Of a stretch of 64,000 bases of DNA, positions 41,705 to 52,977 are shown piece by piece. The notes beneath the pieces were generated by a model that saw only the letters and a list, made by a program, of their open reading frames with translations, was not told the DNA's origin and ran no database searches. The stretch covers positions 26,819 through 90,818 of the forward strand of contig CAWFAK010000004.1 of the NCBI GenBank assembly GCA_963813715.1, in the 5' to 3' direction. Within the stretch, counting starts at the first letter, position 1. The number at the start of each line of letters is the position of its first letter. The DNA is from an uncultured Planctomycetaceae bacterium. GTDB taxonomy: Bacteria > Planctomycetota > Planctomycetia > Planctomycetales > Planctomycetaceae. Made by a program: the position numbers and the translations under genes.

Positions 41705-43868
41705 ATGCGAAAGTTTGCTGGCCTGGGCCTGTTGTTGCTGGCGTCCGTCACTACGGTCCAAGCCGGCGGTTGGAATATGGAAGGCGGGCGAATCCCTTCG
41801 CCCAAGAAAGAGCAGGACCTGATTGCGGTCCTCCATTCCGACGCGCCGAAGGCGAAAAAGGCCGACGCGTGCAAGGATCTGGCGGTTTACGGCTCCGAGA
41901 AAGCAGTGCCCGAACTGGGCAAGCTGCTGGCCGACGATCAGCTGGCCTCTTGGGCGCGGATCGCGCTCGAGGCGATTCCCGGCGCCGCCTCGGACCAGGC
42001 GCTGCGAACGTCACTCGATTCGTTGCACGGACTTTTGGCCGTCGGCGCGATGAACTCGATCGGAGTCCGCCGCGACGTGGCCGCCGTCAAGCCGCTCACC
42101 GGCAGGTTGCACGACCAGGACGAAATCGTCGCGTCGGCGGCCGCTGTCGCACTGGGCAGAATTGGCAACGCGGAAGCCGCCGCAGCGCTCGAGCCGCTCT
42201 TAGCCTCGGCGCCCGCCAAAGTCCGTTCGGCCGTGGCCGAGGGACTGGTGCTCTGTGCCGAGCGATCTCTCAAAGAGGGTCAGGCAGAGCAGGCCGTGGC
42301 TCTTTACGACGCCGTCCGCAAAGCGAAAGTCCCTCATCAACGGATGCTCGAAGCGACGCGCGGTGCCATCGTCGCGCGGAAAGATCAGGGCATCCCGCTG
42401 CTGCTCGAACAGCTACACTCGCCCGATAAGAAACTGTTTCAAATGGCTCTCGGCACGGCCCGTGAGTTTCCGGGGAACCAGGTCGATCAGGCTTTGGCTC
42501 ACGAGATTGCCCACGCGGAACCCGAGCGGGCCGCGCTCGTGATTGGAGCCATGGCCGACCGACCGCAGACGGTCGTGTTGAGCGCCTTGCAGCGGGCGGC
42601 CGAGTCGGGTCCGCAGCCGGTGCGGGTCGCGGCCGTCACCGCGATGGGAAAGGCGGGCAATGAGTCGTGCACGGATCTGTTGCTGCACATCGCCCTCGAT
42701 CCGGATGCCGATCTCGCCAAGACGGCCCGGTCGTCGCTGGTCGACTTGCCGGGCCAGGCGGTCGATCAAGAATCTCGTCACGCGGCTGCACGGCGCGCAA
42801 GGCAAGATCCTCCCCCTCTTGATCGACCTGGTTGGCGAGCGGCGAATCAAGGCCGTCGATGACCTGGTCAGCGCCCTCGAGAATTCCGACGATGCCGTCC
42901 GCGTGGCCGCCCTCAAGGCCCTGGGTACGACCGTTCCAGCCGACAAACTTTCCGTGCTGATCACTCAAGTGGTCACGCCGAAGCATGAAGAAGACGCGGC
43001 CGAGGCCGAGCGGGCTCTGAAGGCAGCCTGCGTGCGAATGCCCGACCGTGACGCGTGTGCCAAGCAACTGACGGCGGCCATCGAGGGAGCACCGACGGCG
43101 ACGAAGATCGCTCTACTAAAGATCGTGGGTGCGGTCGGCGGCACCGAGGCGCTCGCCTCACTCGGCGCGTCGGCCAAGGCCAACGATGCCGAGGTTCAGG
43201 ACGCCAGCAGCCGTCTGCTCGGCGAATGGATGACGGTCGACGCCGCGCCGGTGCTGCTCGATCTCGCCAAGACCGCGCCGGGCGACAAATACCGCGTACG
43301 AGCCCTCCGCGGCTACATCCGGATTGCCCGCCAATTCGCGCTGCCCGAGCCGCAGCGTTTGGAGATGTGCCAAAACGCGATGGCCGTCGCCGTGCAGCCG
43401 GCCGAGCAAAAACTCGTGCTCGACATTCTCAAGCTCAAGAAGTACGAAAGCCCGGCCACGTTGCAGCTGGCAGTCAAGTTCATGAAGGACTTCCCAAAAA
43501 TGAACCACGAGGCGTGCCAGACCGCCCTGTTCATCGGCCGGGAACTCGGCGACGAAAAGCACAGCACCACCGCAGACGAAGCGCGAGAAATCCTGTCGCA
43601 CGTCAAACTGGAAAAGGTGAAGCTCGAAATCGTGAGCGCCGAATACGGGGCGACCGGGAAACAAAAGGACGTAACCAAGACCCTGAAGAAAGTCGCCAGC
43701 GACGTGCAGCTGGTCTCGCTTCCCTCTCCCAGCTACGTCGCAGCGTTCGGCGGTGACCCGGCTCCGGGCACGACCAAGCAATTGCACGTCAATTACCGCA
43801 TCAACGGCAAGGCCGACGAGGCGACCTTCGGGGAGAACGCCATCATCATTCTCCCCATGCCTCGTTAA
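41705..43868 (+). CDS. Secreted HEAT-repeat protein, frameshift near 42770
   Basis: Signal peptide, PBS/HEAT repeats, RVRALRGYIR, C-terminal SAEYG...GGDPAPG domain. Confidence 0.8.
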
Positions 43869-43888
43869 CGGCGGCCCGGCCGTGTGCC

Positions 43889-44296
43889 CTATTTCTTGGT
43901 TTTAAACACCAGCAAATACGGCAACGCTGGGTGTCCTTCTTCGTCCTTGAAGTTTCCGAATTTCTGGCTGTTGATCCAGATTGCGTACGTCTTGCCCGCC
44001 TCGAGTTTGACCGGAAGGACGCACGTGCGTTTATCGGACTGGTATTTCGGCTTGCCGTCGACCGTGGGGAATGTCGGCTTCGACGCCTGAGCCCAGGACC
44101 ACGAACGATCGTGCATCGGTTTGCTGAACGTGACGAGGATCTCGGTTAGCTTCGGGTCGACGTCGGCAGCTCCCGCCTCCGGAACCGTCCTTACAACCAC
44201 GGGACGCGCCCCTTCCAGGGTGACGTCCTCCGCTTGCGTGGCCGGGCTTGCCAGACTGCATAACACCAGAATCGGGACCATTCCAATCGCCTTCAT
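43889..44296 (-). CDS. Secreted Ig-like (Big_5-type) domain protein
   Basis: PVVVRTVP..GAADVDP..EILVTFSKPM..SWSW..PYLLVFKT. Confidence 0.8.
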   Translation of the reverse strand: MKAIGMVPILVLCSLASPATQAEDVTLEGARPVVVRTVPEAGAADVDPKLTEILVTFSKPMHDRSWSWAQASKPTFPTVDGKPKYQSDKRTCVLPVKLEAGKTYAIWINSQKFGNFKDEEGHPALPYLLVFKTKK

Positions 44297-44451
44297 GGTT
44301 GATCTCACGATAAAGGGGCCAGTGGATCGATCGGCGCGGCCTTGCCGCTCCCTCGGACCAATTCAGGCGTCGATCGTGCACGGTTTCTAAGACGAATGCA
44401 ACATATTTTCCGCACGTCGAAATCTCCGAGTGACCGCAACTGGAAGCCGCG

Positions 44452-44952
44452 ATGACCGGCGCACAAGCTTGGATCGACCGCCTCGAACTGCGGCCGCACC
44501 CGGAAGGGGGCTGGTTCCGAGAAACCTACCGCTCTGACGAAGTCGTGGGCCGCGCAGCGCTGCCACCGCGGTTTAGCGGCGATCGCGCTTTCTCCACGGC
44601 GATCTACTTTCTGCTCGACGGCGAAGAGTTTTCAGCCCTGCACCGGATCGAGCAGGATGAAGTCTTTCATTTCTATGACGGCGGCGGCCTGACCCTGCAT
44701 TGGATCGATCCCGTTGGAACGTATGCGGCCATTAAGCTCGGAAGAAATCTGGCGGCGGGCGAGCTGCCGCAGGCGGTCGTCAAAGCCGGCTGCGTGTTTG
44801 GCGCGTCGGTGACACATCCGGGCTCGTTCGCCTTGGTCGGCTGCACCGTGGCACCGGGCTTCGATTTCGCCGACTTCGCCCTGCCCGGCCGCGACGAACT
44901 GTGCCGGCAGTTTCCCCAGCATCGGCAGCTGATCGAGCGGCTAACTCGGTAG
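44452..44952 (+). CDS. Cupin_5 (DUF985) protein
   Basis: LRPHPEGGWFRETYRS, TAIYFLL, GCTVAPGFDFADF. Confidence 0.92.
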   Translation: MTGAQAWIDRLELRPHPEGGWFRETYRSDEVVGRAALPPRFSGDRAFSTAIYFLLDGEEFSALHRIEQDEVFHFYDGGGLTLHWIDPVGTYAAIKLGRNLAAGELPQAVVKAGCVFGASVTHPGSFALVGCTVAPGFDFADFALPGRDELCRQFPQHRQLIERLTR

Positions 44953-45106
44953 TCGGCCGCGGACGAGAGTTGCCAGGTTCGCGAAATCTCGCGTGGCACT
45001 CCGATCAGACCGCCAAGATTCTTACCGGCCGAATTTCGTGGTGCGCGGTTAATTTCTCATTGGAGGTCCCGTTCGCCGCGGCGCGAGCCCGCGGGAACCG
45101 AGATCA

Positions 45107-46596
45107 CTAAGCCGCGCGACGCGTCGCCCCGGACGCCTGCGATTGCGCCGCATCCTCCGCGATTGCGCGTCCGCGTTGCAAAACCGCCGCGACCAAGAGC
45201 GCGAGATCGTCCGACGTCGTGCGGTGGTTGGTGATTGCCGCGCGGATGGCCATTTTGCCGCCGATCCGCGCGGTCGAAGTGACGGCAGTGCCGCTTAGTT
45301 GCAGCTCGGTTACGATCTGCGTATTGAGCGCGTCGAGCGCCTCATCCGTCAGCCCGGTCGCCACGAACCGGAAGCAGACGATATTGAGCGCGACCTTCGC
45401 CAACAACTCCAATTCTGCGTGCGACTCGATGACGGCCGCCAGCTGCCGAGCCTGGCGCAGTTGCGAGAGATCAGTTCGCCGTAGCGCTCCACGCCATACG
45501 CCTTGAGGCTGAACCAGACTTTGAGCGCCCGAAATCCGCGCGACAGCTCCGGTCCGAAGTCACAGTACCAGGGATCGCCGGCCGCCAGTCCCTCGGCGTG
45601 GCCTGCCAGGTAACTGGGCCTCGCAGCAAACGCACTGCGATGGGCGCTCGCATCGCGGACCAGCACGCAGCCGGCGTCGTAGGGAACATGCAGCCACTTG
45701 TGGAAATCGAAAGCGACCGAATCGGCCTGGGCGATGGCCGCCAATTGCGGGCGGAATTCGGGCGTCAACACGGCCAACCCGCCGAACGCACCGTCGACGT
45801 GCAGCCACAAATCGTTTTCGCGACAAAACTCGGTGACGCGATCGAGATCGTCGATGGCGCCGGTGTTGGCGGACCCGGCCGTCGCGATCACGGCAAACGG
45901 TCGGTAGCCATGGGCGCGGTCGGCCGTCACCATTTGGGCCATCCGATTGACTTGCAAGCGGCAGTCGCCGTCGACCGGCACCAGGCGCAGCGCGTCGGTG
46001 CCGAGCCCCAGCAAATCGAAGGCTTTGATCACCGAGCGATGGGCCTCGGCCGACGCGTAGGCGACGAGCGGGCTGGCGGCGGCGACGCCCAGCTTTTGCA
46101 CAGGCGCGTCGGCCCGAGAGTCCCGCGCGACGGCCAGCGCGATCAGCGTGGCCATCGATGTCCCTGTTGTGAGGATGCCGCTGGACGTCGCGGGGAATCC
46201 GAAGATCTCCTTCGACCAATCGATGACTTGTCGCTCGACGTAGGTCGCAACGTGATCGCGGCCGCCGGCATTACAGTTCATGAACCCGGCCAGCATTTCG
46301 CCGAGCGCCCCGGCCACGTTGCCGCTGCCATGCACCCAGCCCCAAAACCTCGGATGCACGTTGCCCGTGCCGTAGGGCAGGACCGTTTCCTCGAAGCGGG
46401 CCAGCAGCTCCTCGAGCGGTTGTCCGACGCTTGGCAGCGGCTCGCGGAACCGGGCCTTGATGGTCTCCGGCGTCGGCTGCCAGACGGGCCGCTCGCGCAC
46501 GTCGCGCGTGTGGGACAAGCAGCCCTCGATCGCGCGCTGGAAGACCCGCTGAATCTCGTCCCAATCGTTCGGATCCAGCGTACCTTCGTCAGGCAT
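45107..46596 (-). CDS. PLP-dependent group II decarboxylase, frameshift near 45460
   Basis: HPRFWGWV, AHRSV, WLHVDGAFG, DFHKWL; C-terminal LNIVCFRF...NHRT in the second frame. Confidence 0.88.
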
Positions 46597-48091
46597 ATGC
46601 GACCGCCTGCACGCCGGCCCGCTCGAAGACCATGCCGCGGGCCGCATCGAGCGCCCGGCCAATCGTCTCGCGGCGATAATCCCATTGCTCTCCGGGCTTC
46701 GGGGGGCGAATGAGCATCGTGGCGTTAGCCTCGAAGAGCAGGACGTCGCCGCCGGGTCCGATCGCAAAATCCATCCCGCCGTAGTCGAGGCCGAGCGCGG
46801 TGCTAATGCCTTCCAGCGAACGCATCACCTTTGGACCTAGCACTCCGGGCATGTCGTCGAGGAAAGCGGCCTCCTCGGCCTGATGCGCGGCGTTGCCGGC
46901 CATTTCGGCGCTGAAATAGTGCACCTTCCAGTGATCGGAGATCGCCAGGTGCAGCGGGTAGAGCTTGCCGCCGATCGTCATCACGCGATACTTGCGGGCC
47001 TTTCCGTCCGGGCCGCGGGCGTTGAGATACTCGATGACGAGCGCATCGTCGCCGGACAGTTCGGACGCGGCCGGTGCGAGCCCCTCGGCCGACTCGACGC
47101 AGACAAATTGCTGTCCCGTGTGAAACCCCGGCCGCCGCAACAGCAGCGGGAACGTGAGATTGTAATTGGCGACAACGGCCGCACCGTCGGCACCCGTCAG
47201 CGTCGTTCGCGGCAGGCGCACAATCCGCGGCGTCACCACGCCGGGCAGTGTTCCCAGTCGCGTCGAATTATCCATGCGGCCCGTACTCAGTACCACCTCG
47301 GGCGAATTGATGATGGGAGCGGTGCTTTTCGCGACGAGGGCGGCGGCCGCCTCGAGCGCTGTCCGGCTCACGTCGGCATCGCCGATCGAATTGAAGATCA
47401 GTCGGTGCTCCGGCAGCGGTTTCGAGCGATCGTAGAATTCGGTGGCGATCGTAATGATCAGGAATACCCGATTGTCGATCAGATCGTGCCAGGGCAAATT
47501 GCCCCGATTGGCCGACATCAAAACGATCAAAGGTGTCGGCTCGCCCGTTCCGAGAAAAGGAAACGTGGCGACCGGCCGGTTGTGAAAGCGGATCGCCAGG
47601 TGCTCGAGCGCTCGTTGTTCGTCTCCCAATTCCCAGAAGATACCGGCCAGACCGCGATGAGCATTGAGGTGGCTCGGGTCGATCCGCAGCGCCGTTTCGT
47701 AGCGTTCGCGGGCGGCCTCGAAATTCCGTTCGCTGGCCAACAGGTCGCCAAAATTCGTGTGTCCCTTTGGATTGTTCGGGTGATAGGTGATGGCCGCCGT
47801 GTAGGCGACTCGCGCCGCTGACGAATAGCCGGTTTGCAGAAGCAGGTCGGCAAAGTTGACCAGCGAGCCGAAGTGCGTTTGGTCGCGCTCCAGAATCTCG
47901 AGGTACTGCTGTTTCGCCTCGTCGACTTGCCCCAGCTCGGAGAGCAATCGAGCGCGGTCGGCGCGGAGATCGAGCGAATCACACTCGGCTGCTGAAAGCA
48001 GACGTGACTCGATCGAGACGAGAGCCGCTTCCAAATTTCGCCGCGTCACCACGCGCAGATCGCGGCAGGGAACGGTCGGCAGTCTATCCAT
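46589..48091 (-). CDS. TPR + ATP-grasp-like protein
   Basis: TPR N-terminus; FPLLLRRPGFHTG, RKYRV, LGLDYGGMDF, LFEANATM. Stop overlaps the decarboxylase start. Confidence 0.8.
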   Translation of the reverse strand: MDRLPTVPCRDLRVVTRRNLEAALVSIESRLLSAAECDSLDLRADRARLLSELGQVDEAKQQYLEILERDQTHFGSLVNFADLLLQTGYSSAARVAYTAAITYHPNNPKGHTNFGDLLASERNFEAARERYETALRIDPSHLNAHRGLAGIFWELGDEQRALEHLAIRFHNRPVATFPFLGTGEPTPLIVLMSANRGNLPWHDLIDNRVFLIITIATEFYDRSKPLPEHRLIFNSIGDADVSRTALEAAAALVAKSTAPIINSPEVVLSTGRMDNSTRLGTLPGVVTPRIVRLPRTTLTGADGAAVVANYNLTFPLLLRRPGFHTGQQFVCVESAEGLAPAASELSGDDALVIEYLNARGPDGKARKYRVMTIGGKLYPLHLAISDHWKVHYFSAEMAGNAAHQAEEAAFLDDMPGVLGPKVMRSLEGISTALGLDYGGMDFAIGPGGDVLLFEANATMLIRPPKPGEQWDYRRETIGRALDAARGMVFERAGVQAVAYA

Positions 48092-48409
48092 GCGTACACT
48101 GCGAGCCCGTGGGGAAGGGAGACGGGGAGGTGCGGCAAAACGGTATTTCGTTGGTTTCGCCTTGCGCGCGAAGGTCAGTTTGCGCACAGCCGCGGTCGAC
48201 GGGAAAATGTTACGAAAGACCAAGGCAACGCGGCTTGACGGTCGCGGCCCGAAACTGAGCCAACAGGTTCGCTGCGGGGATTGGCCACCGCCGCAGAACT
48301 GTCTCGACCTCGCTGCCCGCTTTGGCGAATATCCCGACTTCGATTGGCGTGATGGACCACGTCGTGCATGGCACTCGGGCCCTTCGCGCGACGCCTGCGG
48401 AGCGGCGGA

Positions 48410-50809
48410 ATGACCGACGGAGCGGTTTGCGAAGTGTACGAGCGGGCGCTCGCGCACCATCGCGCGGGTCGCGTGCACGATGCCGAGCGACTGTATCGCC
48501 AAGTGGTGCAGGGCCAGGCCGATCACGCGGGCGCGCTCCACTTGTTGGGCGTCGCGGCCCTGACCGGAGGCCGCCTTCCGGAGGCACTCGATTGGCTTCG
48601 CCGCGCGATCGCCGTCGCCCCGCACGTCGCCGTTTACTACCTCAGCCTGGGGCAGGTATTGACGGCCCTGGGTCGCCTGGACGAAGCGATCGCGTCGAAC
48701 CAACGCGCGACCGAATTGTCTCCCGAGATGGTCGAGGGTTGGTTCGCGCTGGGAATCAGCCTGCAATCGGCCGGGCGACTGCGGGAAGCGGTGCAGGCTT
48801 ACCGCCGCGCGCTCGAACTTGCTCCCGATCACGCCGACGCGGCCAACAATCTCGGCGGGGCCCTCGATCAGTTGGGGGACTTGGACGAGGCAATCGTCGC
48901 CTATCGACGGGCCCTCGAACACGACCCCGAACGGGTGACGACGCTCACCAACTTGGGGAGCGGACTGTCACGCGCAGGGCGCCACGAGGAAGCGATTGCC
49001 GTTTGCCGACGGGCGACGGCACTTTCTCCCGGCTTCGCGGCCGCTTTCAATAACCTCGGGCTCGCCCTGACCGCCAACCGACAACTCGACGAAGCCGTTG
49101 AGGCCCTGTGTGAAGCGGTTCGCCTTCGTCCCGATTTCGCCGAAGCGTGGTTCAACCTGGCCAACGCGCGGCACAAACGAGGCGACCTGAATGACGCGCT
49201 GGCCGCCTTTCGCCGCGCGCTCGAGCTGCGCCCCGATTGGCCCGAGGCGCAGATCAACCTGGGCAACACGCTGCTTGCGCTGCGGCAGTTTGAGGAAGCT
49301 GCCAGTTCGTACCGCGAAGCGTTCGTTTTGCAGCCGGATAACGTCGACGCGCTCAACAATCTAGGAAGCGCTGAGCGTGACTTGGGACACGCGGATCAAG
49401 CGATCGCCGCGTTCCGCCGCTGCATCGCGCTACGTCCCGATTTTCACATCGCGTACTGCAACCTGGGCAACGTGCTCCGCGATTCCGGCCAGATCGAGGA
49501 GGCTGTCGAGGCGTACCGCAAAGCGGTGGAGATTTGTCCGCACGACATCATCTCTCACAGCAATCTAGCCTACGCGGTCCATTTTCATCCGGATTACGAC
49601 GCCGCGGACATCTTACGGGAGAACCACAGTTGGAATGCGGTGCACGCGGCCGGCCTTCGTGGCGAGTGGCGCCGACACACGAACGATCGCGACCCCGAGC
49701 GGCGCTTGCGGATCGGCTACATCGGGGCCGACTTTCGCGACCATTGCCAGTCGCTGTTCACGATTCCGCTCATGTCGCATCACGATCACGAGCGGTTCGA
49801 GATCACCTGCTACGCGAACCTGCCTCGCCCCGATTCCGTCACCCGGCGGATCATGCAGTATGCCAACCGCTGGCAAGTGGTTGCCGGCCGCAGCGACGAG
49901 GAAGTCGCCGAGGAAATCAGGGCCGACCAGATCGACATTTTGGTCGATCTGACCATGCACATGTCGAACGGACGGCCGTTGGTCGTAGCGCGCAAGCCGG
50001 CCCCGGTTCAGGTCGCGTATCTGGCTTATCCCGGGACGACCGGGCTCGCCGCGGTCGACTATCGCCTCACGGATCCGTATCTCGATCCTCCCGGCGAGAG
50101 CGACGGCGATTACTCGGAGATTTCGTTCCGCTTGCCCGAGACGTTCTGGTGTTACGATCCACTGACCGATCAGCCGTCGCCTGGCCCCTTGCCGGCGGTC
50201 GATGCGGGCCGAGCGACCTTCGGCTGCCTGAACAACTTCAGCAAAGTGAACGCGGTAACGGTCTCACTGTGGGTGGGCGTGCTCAAAGCCGTTGCCGGCT
50301 CTCGGTTGCTGTTGTTGTCGCCGCGCGGCAGGCATCGCGAGCGGGTGCTGGAGCAGTTCGCCCACGCGGGAATCGAGGCGAGCCGCATCGAATTCGTCGA
50401 ATATCGGCCACGGCCAGAGTATTTGGAGCTGTATCGGCGGATCGATTTGGGGCTCGACACCATTCCGTATAACGGACACACGACCAGCCTCGATTCGCTG
50501 TGGATGGGTGTGCCCGTGGTGACGCGCGTCGGCCGTACGGCGGTGGGACGTGCCGGCTGGAGCCAGCTTTCAAACCTGGGTTTGACCGAGTTGGCCGCCC
50601 GGAGCGACGAAGAATTCGTCTCAATCGCCTCGGGCCTGGCGCGCGACCTGCCGCGCCTTGCCCAGCTGCGAAGCACTCTTCGAGCCCGCATGCAGCGGTC
50701 GCCATTGATGGACGCGACCGGCTTCGCGCGTCAGGTCGAATTGGCCTATCGCCAGATGTGGCGAGAATGGTGCCGCCGCGGCTTATCGCGCTCGACCACA
50801 GAGCGCTGA
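48410..50809 (+). CDS. TPR-containing O-GlcNAc transferase (SPINDLY/GT41-like)
   Basis: About 10 TPRs; RLRIGY..DFRDH, DILVDL, PAPVQV.YLAYPGTTG, DTIPYNGHTTSLDSLWMGVPVVT. Confidence 0.92.
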   Translation: MTDGAVCEVYERALAHHRAGRVHDAERLYRQVVQGQADHAGALHLLGVAALTGGRLPEALDWLRRAIAVAPHVAVYYLSLGQVLTALGRLDEAIASNQRATELSPEMVEGWFALGISLQSAGRLREAVQAYRRALELAPDHADAANNLGGALDQLGDLDEAIVAYRRALEHDPERVTTLTNLGSGLSRAGRHEEAIAVCRRATALSPGFAAAFNNLGLALTANRQLDEAVEALCEAVRLRPDFAEAWFNLANARHKRGDLNDALAAFRRALELRPDWPEAQINLGNTLLALRQFEEAASSYREAFVLQPDNVDALNNLGSAERDLGHADQAIAAFRRCIALRPDFHIAYCNLGNVLRDSGQIEEAVEAYRKAVEICPHDIISHSNLAYAVHFHPDYDAADILRENHSWNAVHAAGLRGEWRRHTNDRDPERRLRIGYIGADFRDHCQSLFTIPLMSHHDHERFEITCYANLPRPDSVTRRIMQYANRWQVVAGRSDEEVAEEIRADQIDILVDLTMHMSNGRPLVVARKPAPVQVAYLAYPGTTGLAAVDYRLTDPYLDPPGESDGDYSEISFRLPETFWCYDPLTDQPSPGPLPAVDAGRATFGCLNNFSKVNAVTVSLWVGVLKAVAGSRLLLLSPRGRHRERVLEQFAHAGIEASRIEFVEYRPRPEYLELYRRIDLGLDTIPYNGHTTSLDSLWMGVPVVTRVGRTAVGRAGWSQLSNLGLTELAARSDEEFVSIASGLARDLPRLAQLRSTLRARMQRSPLMDATGFARQVELAYRQMWREWCRRGLSRSTTER

Positions 50810-50922
50810 AAATTTCTCAACCGTCCCCGCAAATACTTCACTGCGCTTGGTTTGCGGCTTCACGCGCTTTAGAATCAACGAGCCGCGCCGCGGGCCCCTA
50901 CAACCGGAGGGAGAGGCGACAG

Positions 50923-51834
50923 ATGCGGCGATATCAGGGATTCACACTCGTCGAGCTGATCGTCGTCATCTCGGTGATTACGGTCTTGGTCGGCCTGCTC
51001 ATGCCGGCCGTGCAACAGGCCCGCGAGGCGGCCCGCCGATCGACCTGCCGCAACAATCTCAAGCAGATCGGCCTGGCTCTTTGCGACTACGAGAACGTCA
51101 ACCGCGTTCTCCCGCCGAGTTGCACCGGCGACATGGCGTACGGCGTCTGGTACCCCGACCCCGCTCTGTTTCGCCTGCAGAGCTGGACCTCGATGCTGTT
51201 GCCCTTCTTGGAGCAAAAGAGTCTCTGGAACGAGATCGACTTCAGCCTCTCGGCGCTCGACCCGCGGAACTTGGATGCCGCCACGCATATTCTGCCGGTG
51301 TTCCGCTGTCCCACGTTCAGCGGGCCGGACTACAGCCAATCGCCGCTCTACACGAGGCTCTCCGATCACTATGCGCTGCGAAACTACGTGGCGCTGGGAG
51401 CCACGACTATCGGCAAGCTGTGGCATAAGCCGAACGGGGTTTTTTACGCCTCGTCGTCAACGCGGATCACCGACATCAAAGACGGGATCTCGATGACGAT
51501 CTTCGTCGCCGAAACGCGCGAGACGAATTTCGCCGTCTGGATTGACGGCACGACTGCGTCATTGGCCGGACATCCGTACAACGAAGATGCGCCCCCCGAC
51601 TATGCGTTTCCGCAAACGGCGCTCAACTACTCGCCGTTTTTCATCAGCACGCTCGGCGCGGGGAGCCTGGTCGAGTGCCAATACGGCCCGTCGAGCATGC
51701 ACCCGGGAGGAATCCACCACCTGTTCGGCGACGGATCGGTGCATTTCCTTTCGCCGGAAATCCGCCCGACGGTCTACGACGCCCTGATCACGACCAATGG
51801 CGGCGAGGTCGTCGAGAAGAACGACTTCGAGTAA
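50923..51834 (+). CDS. DUF1559 prepilin-type protein
   Basis: GFTLVEL..PAVQQAREAARR..C.NNLKQIGLA; SMHPGG...FGDGSVHF. Confidence 0.93.
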   Translation: MRRYQGFTLVELIVVISVITVLVGLLMPAVQQAREAARRSTCRNNLKQIGLALCDYENVNRVLPPSCTGDMAYGVWYPDPALFRLQSWTSMLLPFLEQKSLWNEIDFSLSALDPRNLDAATHILPVFRCPTFSGPDYSQSPLYTRLSDHYALRNYVALGATTIGKLWHKPNGVFYASSSTRITDIKDGISMTIFVAETRETNFAVWIDGTTASLAGHPYNEDAPPDYAFPQTALNYSPFFISTLGAGSLVECQYGPSSMHPGGIHHLFGDGSVHFLSPEIRPTVYDALITTNGGEVVEKNDFE

Positions 51835-51837
51835 GGG

Positions 51838-52398
51838 TCACTGCGGACGAACCTCGGTGAGCGCCCTGGGTCCCGGAGTTTGCGACCCCTGCTGGCCGGA
51901 AACTTTCAAATCGAAGACGTAGTCGGTCTTGCCCGGCGCCTGGTGGTCGATGTGGAAATCGGGATTGTTGGCGTTCTTCTCCGGGTCGTTGTACAGATTA
52001 TTGAGCTGATCCGGCCCCAGCAGTCCCCGATTGGTGACCTCCAGGACGGCGAAGGCCACGATGAATTTTCCGGCCGGGATCCCGTCGCCCTTCGTATAGG
52101 TCCCGAAGGCGAAGGTGCCTTCCGCGCTGACGTCCTTGCAGGGCCGCTTGAACGGCGGAAGATCCGGTTTCGTCGGATCGTAAAGCATCATCACCAGCCG
52201 CTGCGGCTTGACGTAGAGCGCCGGCTCACCGTCGATAGTAACTCGGCCCGCCAAGGGGTAGAGGCTGGCCCGGTTATCCCCCGACTGCTTGAGCAGTGCG
52301 TGCAGCGACTGATCATTGCCTGACTTGCTGCAGCCGGCGGCCGCAAGCATCGCGCAAACGCCAACCAGTCTGATCGCCTTAGTCGCCCGACGACGCAT
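51838..52398 (-). CDS. Lipoprotein of the DUF1559-partner type
   Basis: Lipobox AAAGC; PLAGRVTIDGEP, GDGIPAGKFIVAF. Confidence 0.75.
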   Translation of the reverse strand: MRRRATKAIRLVGVCAMLAAAGCSKSGNDQSLHALLKQSGDNRASLYPLAGRVTIDGEPALYVKPQRLVMMLYDPTKPDLPPFKRPCKDVSAEGTFAFGTYTKGDGIPAGKFIVAFAVLEVTNRGLLGPDQLNNLYNDPEKNANNPDFHIDHQAPGKTDYVFDLKVSGQQGSQTPGPRALTEVRPQ

Positions 52399-52438
52399 GC
52401 TGCTCTCCAGACGCCGCGCGGCGGCCCTGTCCGGCCGC

Positions 52439-52897
52439 TTATTTCTTGGGTTCTGCAGGGCTCTTTTCAAACCCCTTTTTGAAGGCCTTGTCGTTAAAAA
52501 CCAGGGTAATCCGCTCGTCCTCGGTCTTGGCGAGGCGGACTTCGTTCTTGCAACCCTTGCAGCAGAACAGAACCTTCACGCCCCCCACTTCCATCGCCGT
52601 GATGGGATTGAGCGTGTAGCCTTCGAGCGGGCACTTCACCAATTTGAACTGGCCGCTCTGGACCAGTTGGAGATTGGCCTTAGCGGCAAACTCGTCCGAT
52701 TTGGCAGCGAACGCCTTGGCACACTTGTCCGAGCAAAAATAGACTCCGCCCCCGTTGTGCTGGGCGACGTGCTCTTTGCTGGCCGCATGCCCCGACACCG
52801 GGCACTTGAGCTCGGGCGCATCGGCCGCAAAAGCCCCCGCAGAATCGCAGATGCCCACGAGCATCGTCAGACCGGCCAAAAATATCCTTCTATGCAT
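52439..52897 (-). CDS. Secreted YHS/TRASH-like Cys-motif protein
   Basis: KCPVSG..VYFCSDKC and KCPL..VLFCCKGC. Confidence 0.78.
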   Translation of the reverse strand: MHRRIFLAGLTMLVGICDSAGAFAADAPELKCPVSGHAASKEHVAQHNGGGVYFCSDKCAKAFAAKSDEFAAKANLQLVQSGQFKLVKCPLEGYTLNPITAMEVGGVKVLFCCKGCKNEVRLAKTEDERITLVFNDKAFKKGFEKSPAEPKK

Positions 52898-52977
52898 GAC
52901 TCCCATCCCTTCGAGTGAATCAGGCCGGCCCGCGAACAAAACTCCAGGCCCTCGATTCTAACGTAGGCTCGTTCCGC

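Noticed and set aside
46589..48922. 777-aa version of the ATP-grasp ORF and other long antisense ORFs (e.g. 36633-38096, 60309-61967)
   Set aside because: Shadow frames of GC-rich genes on the opposite strand; the protein-like sequence starts at 48091.
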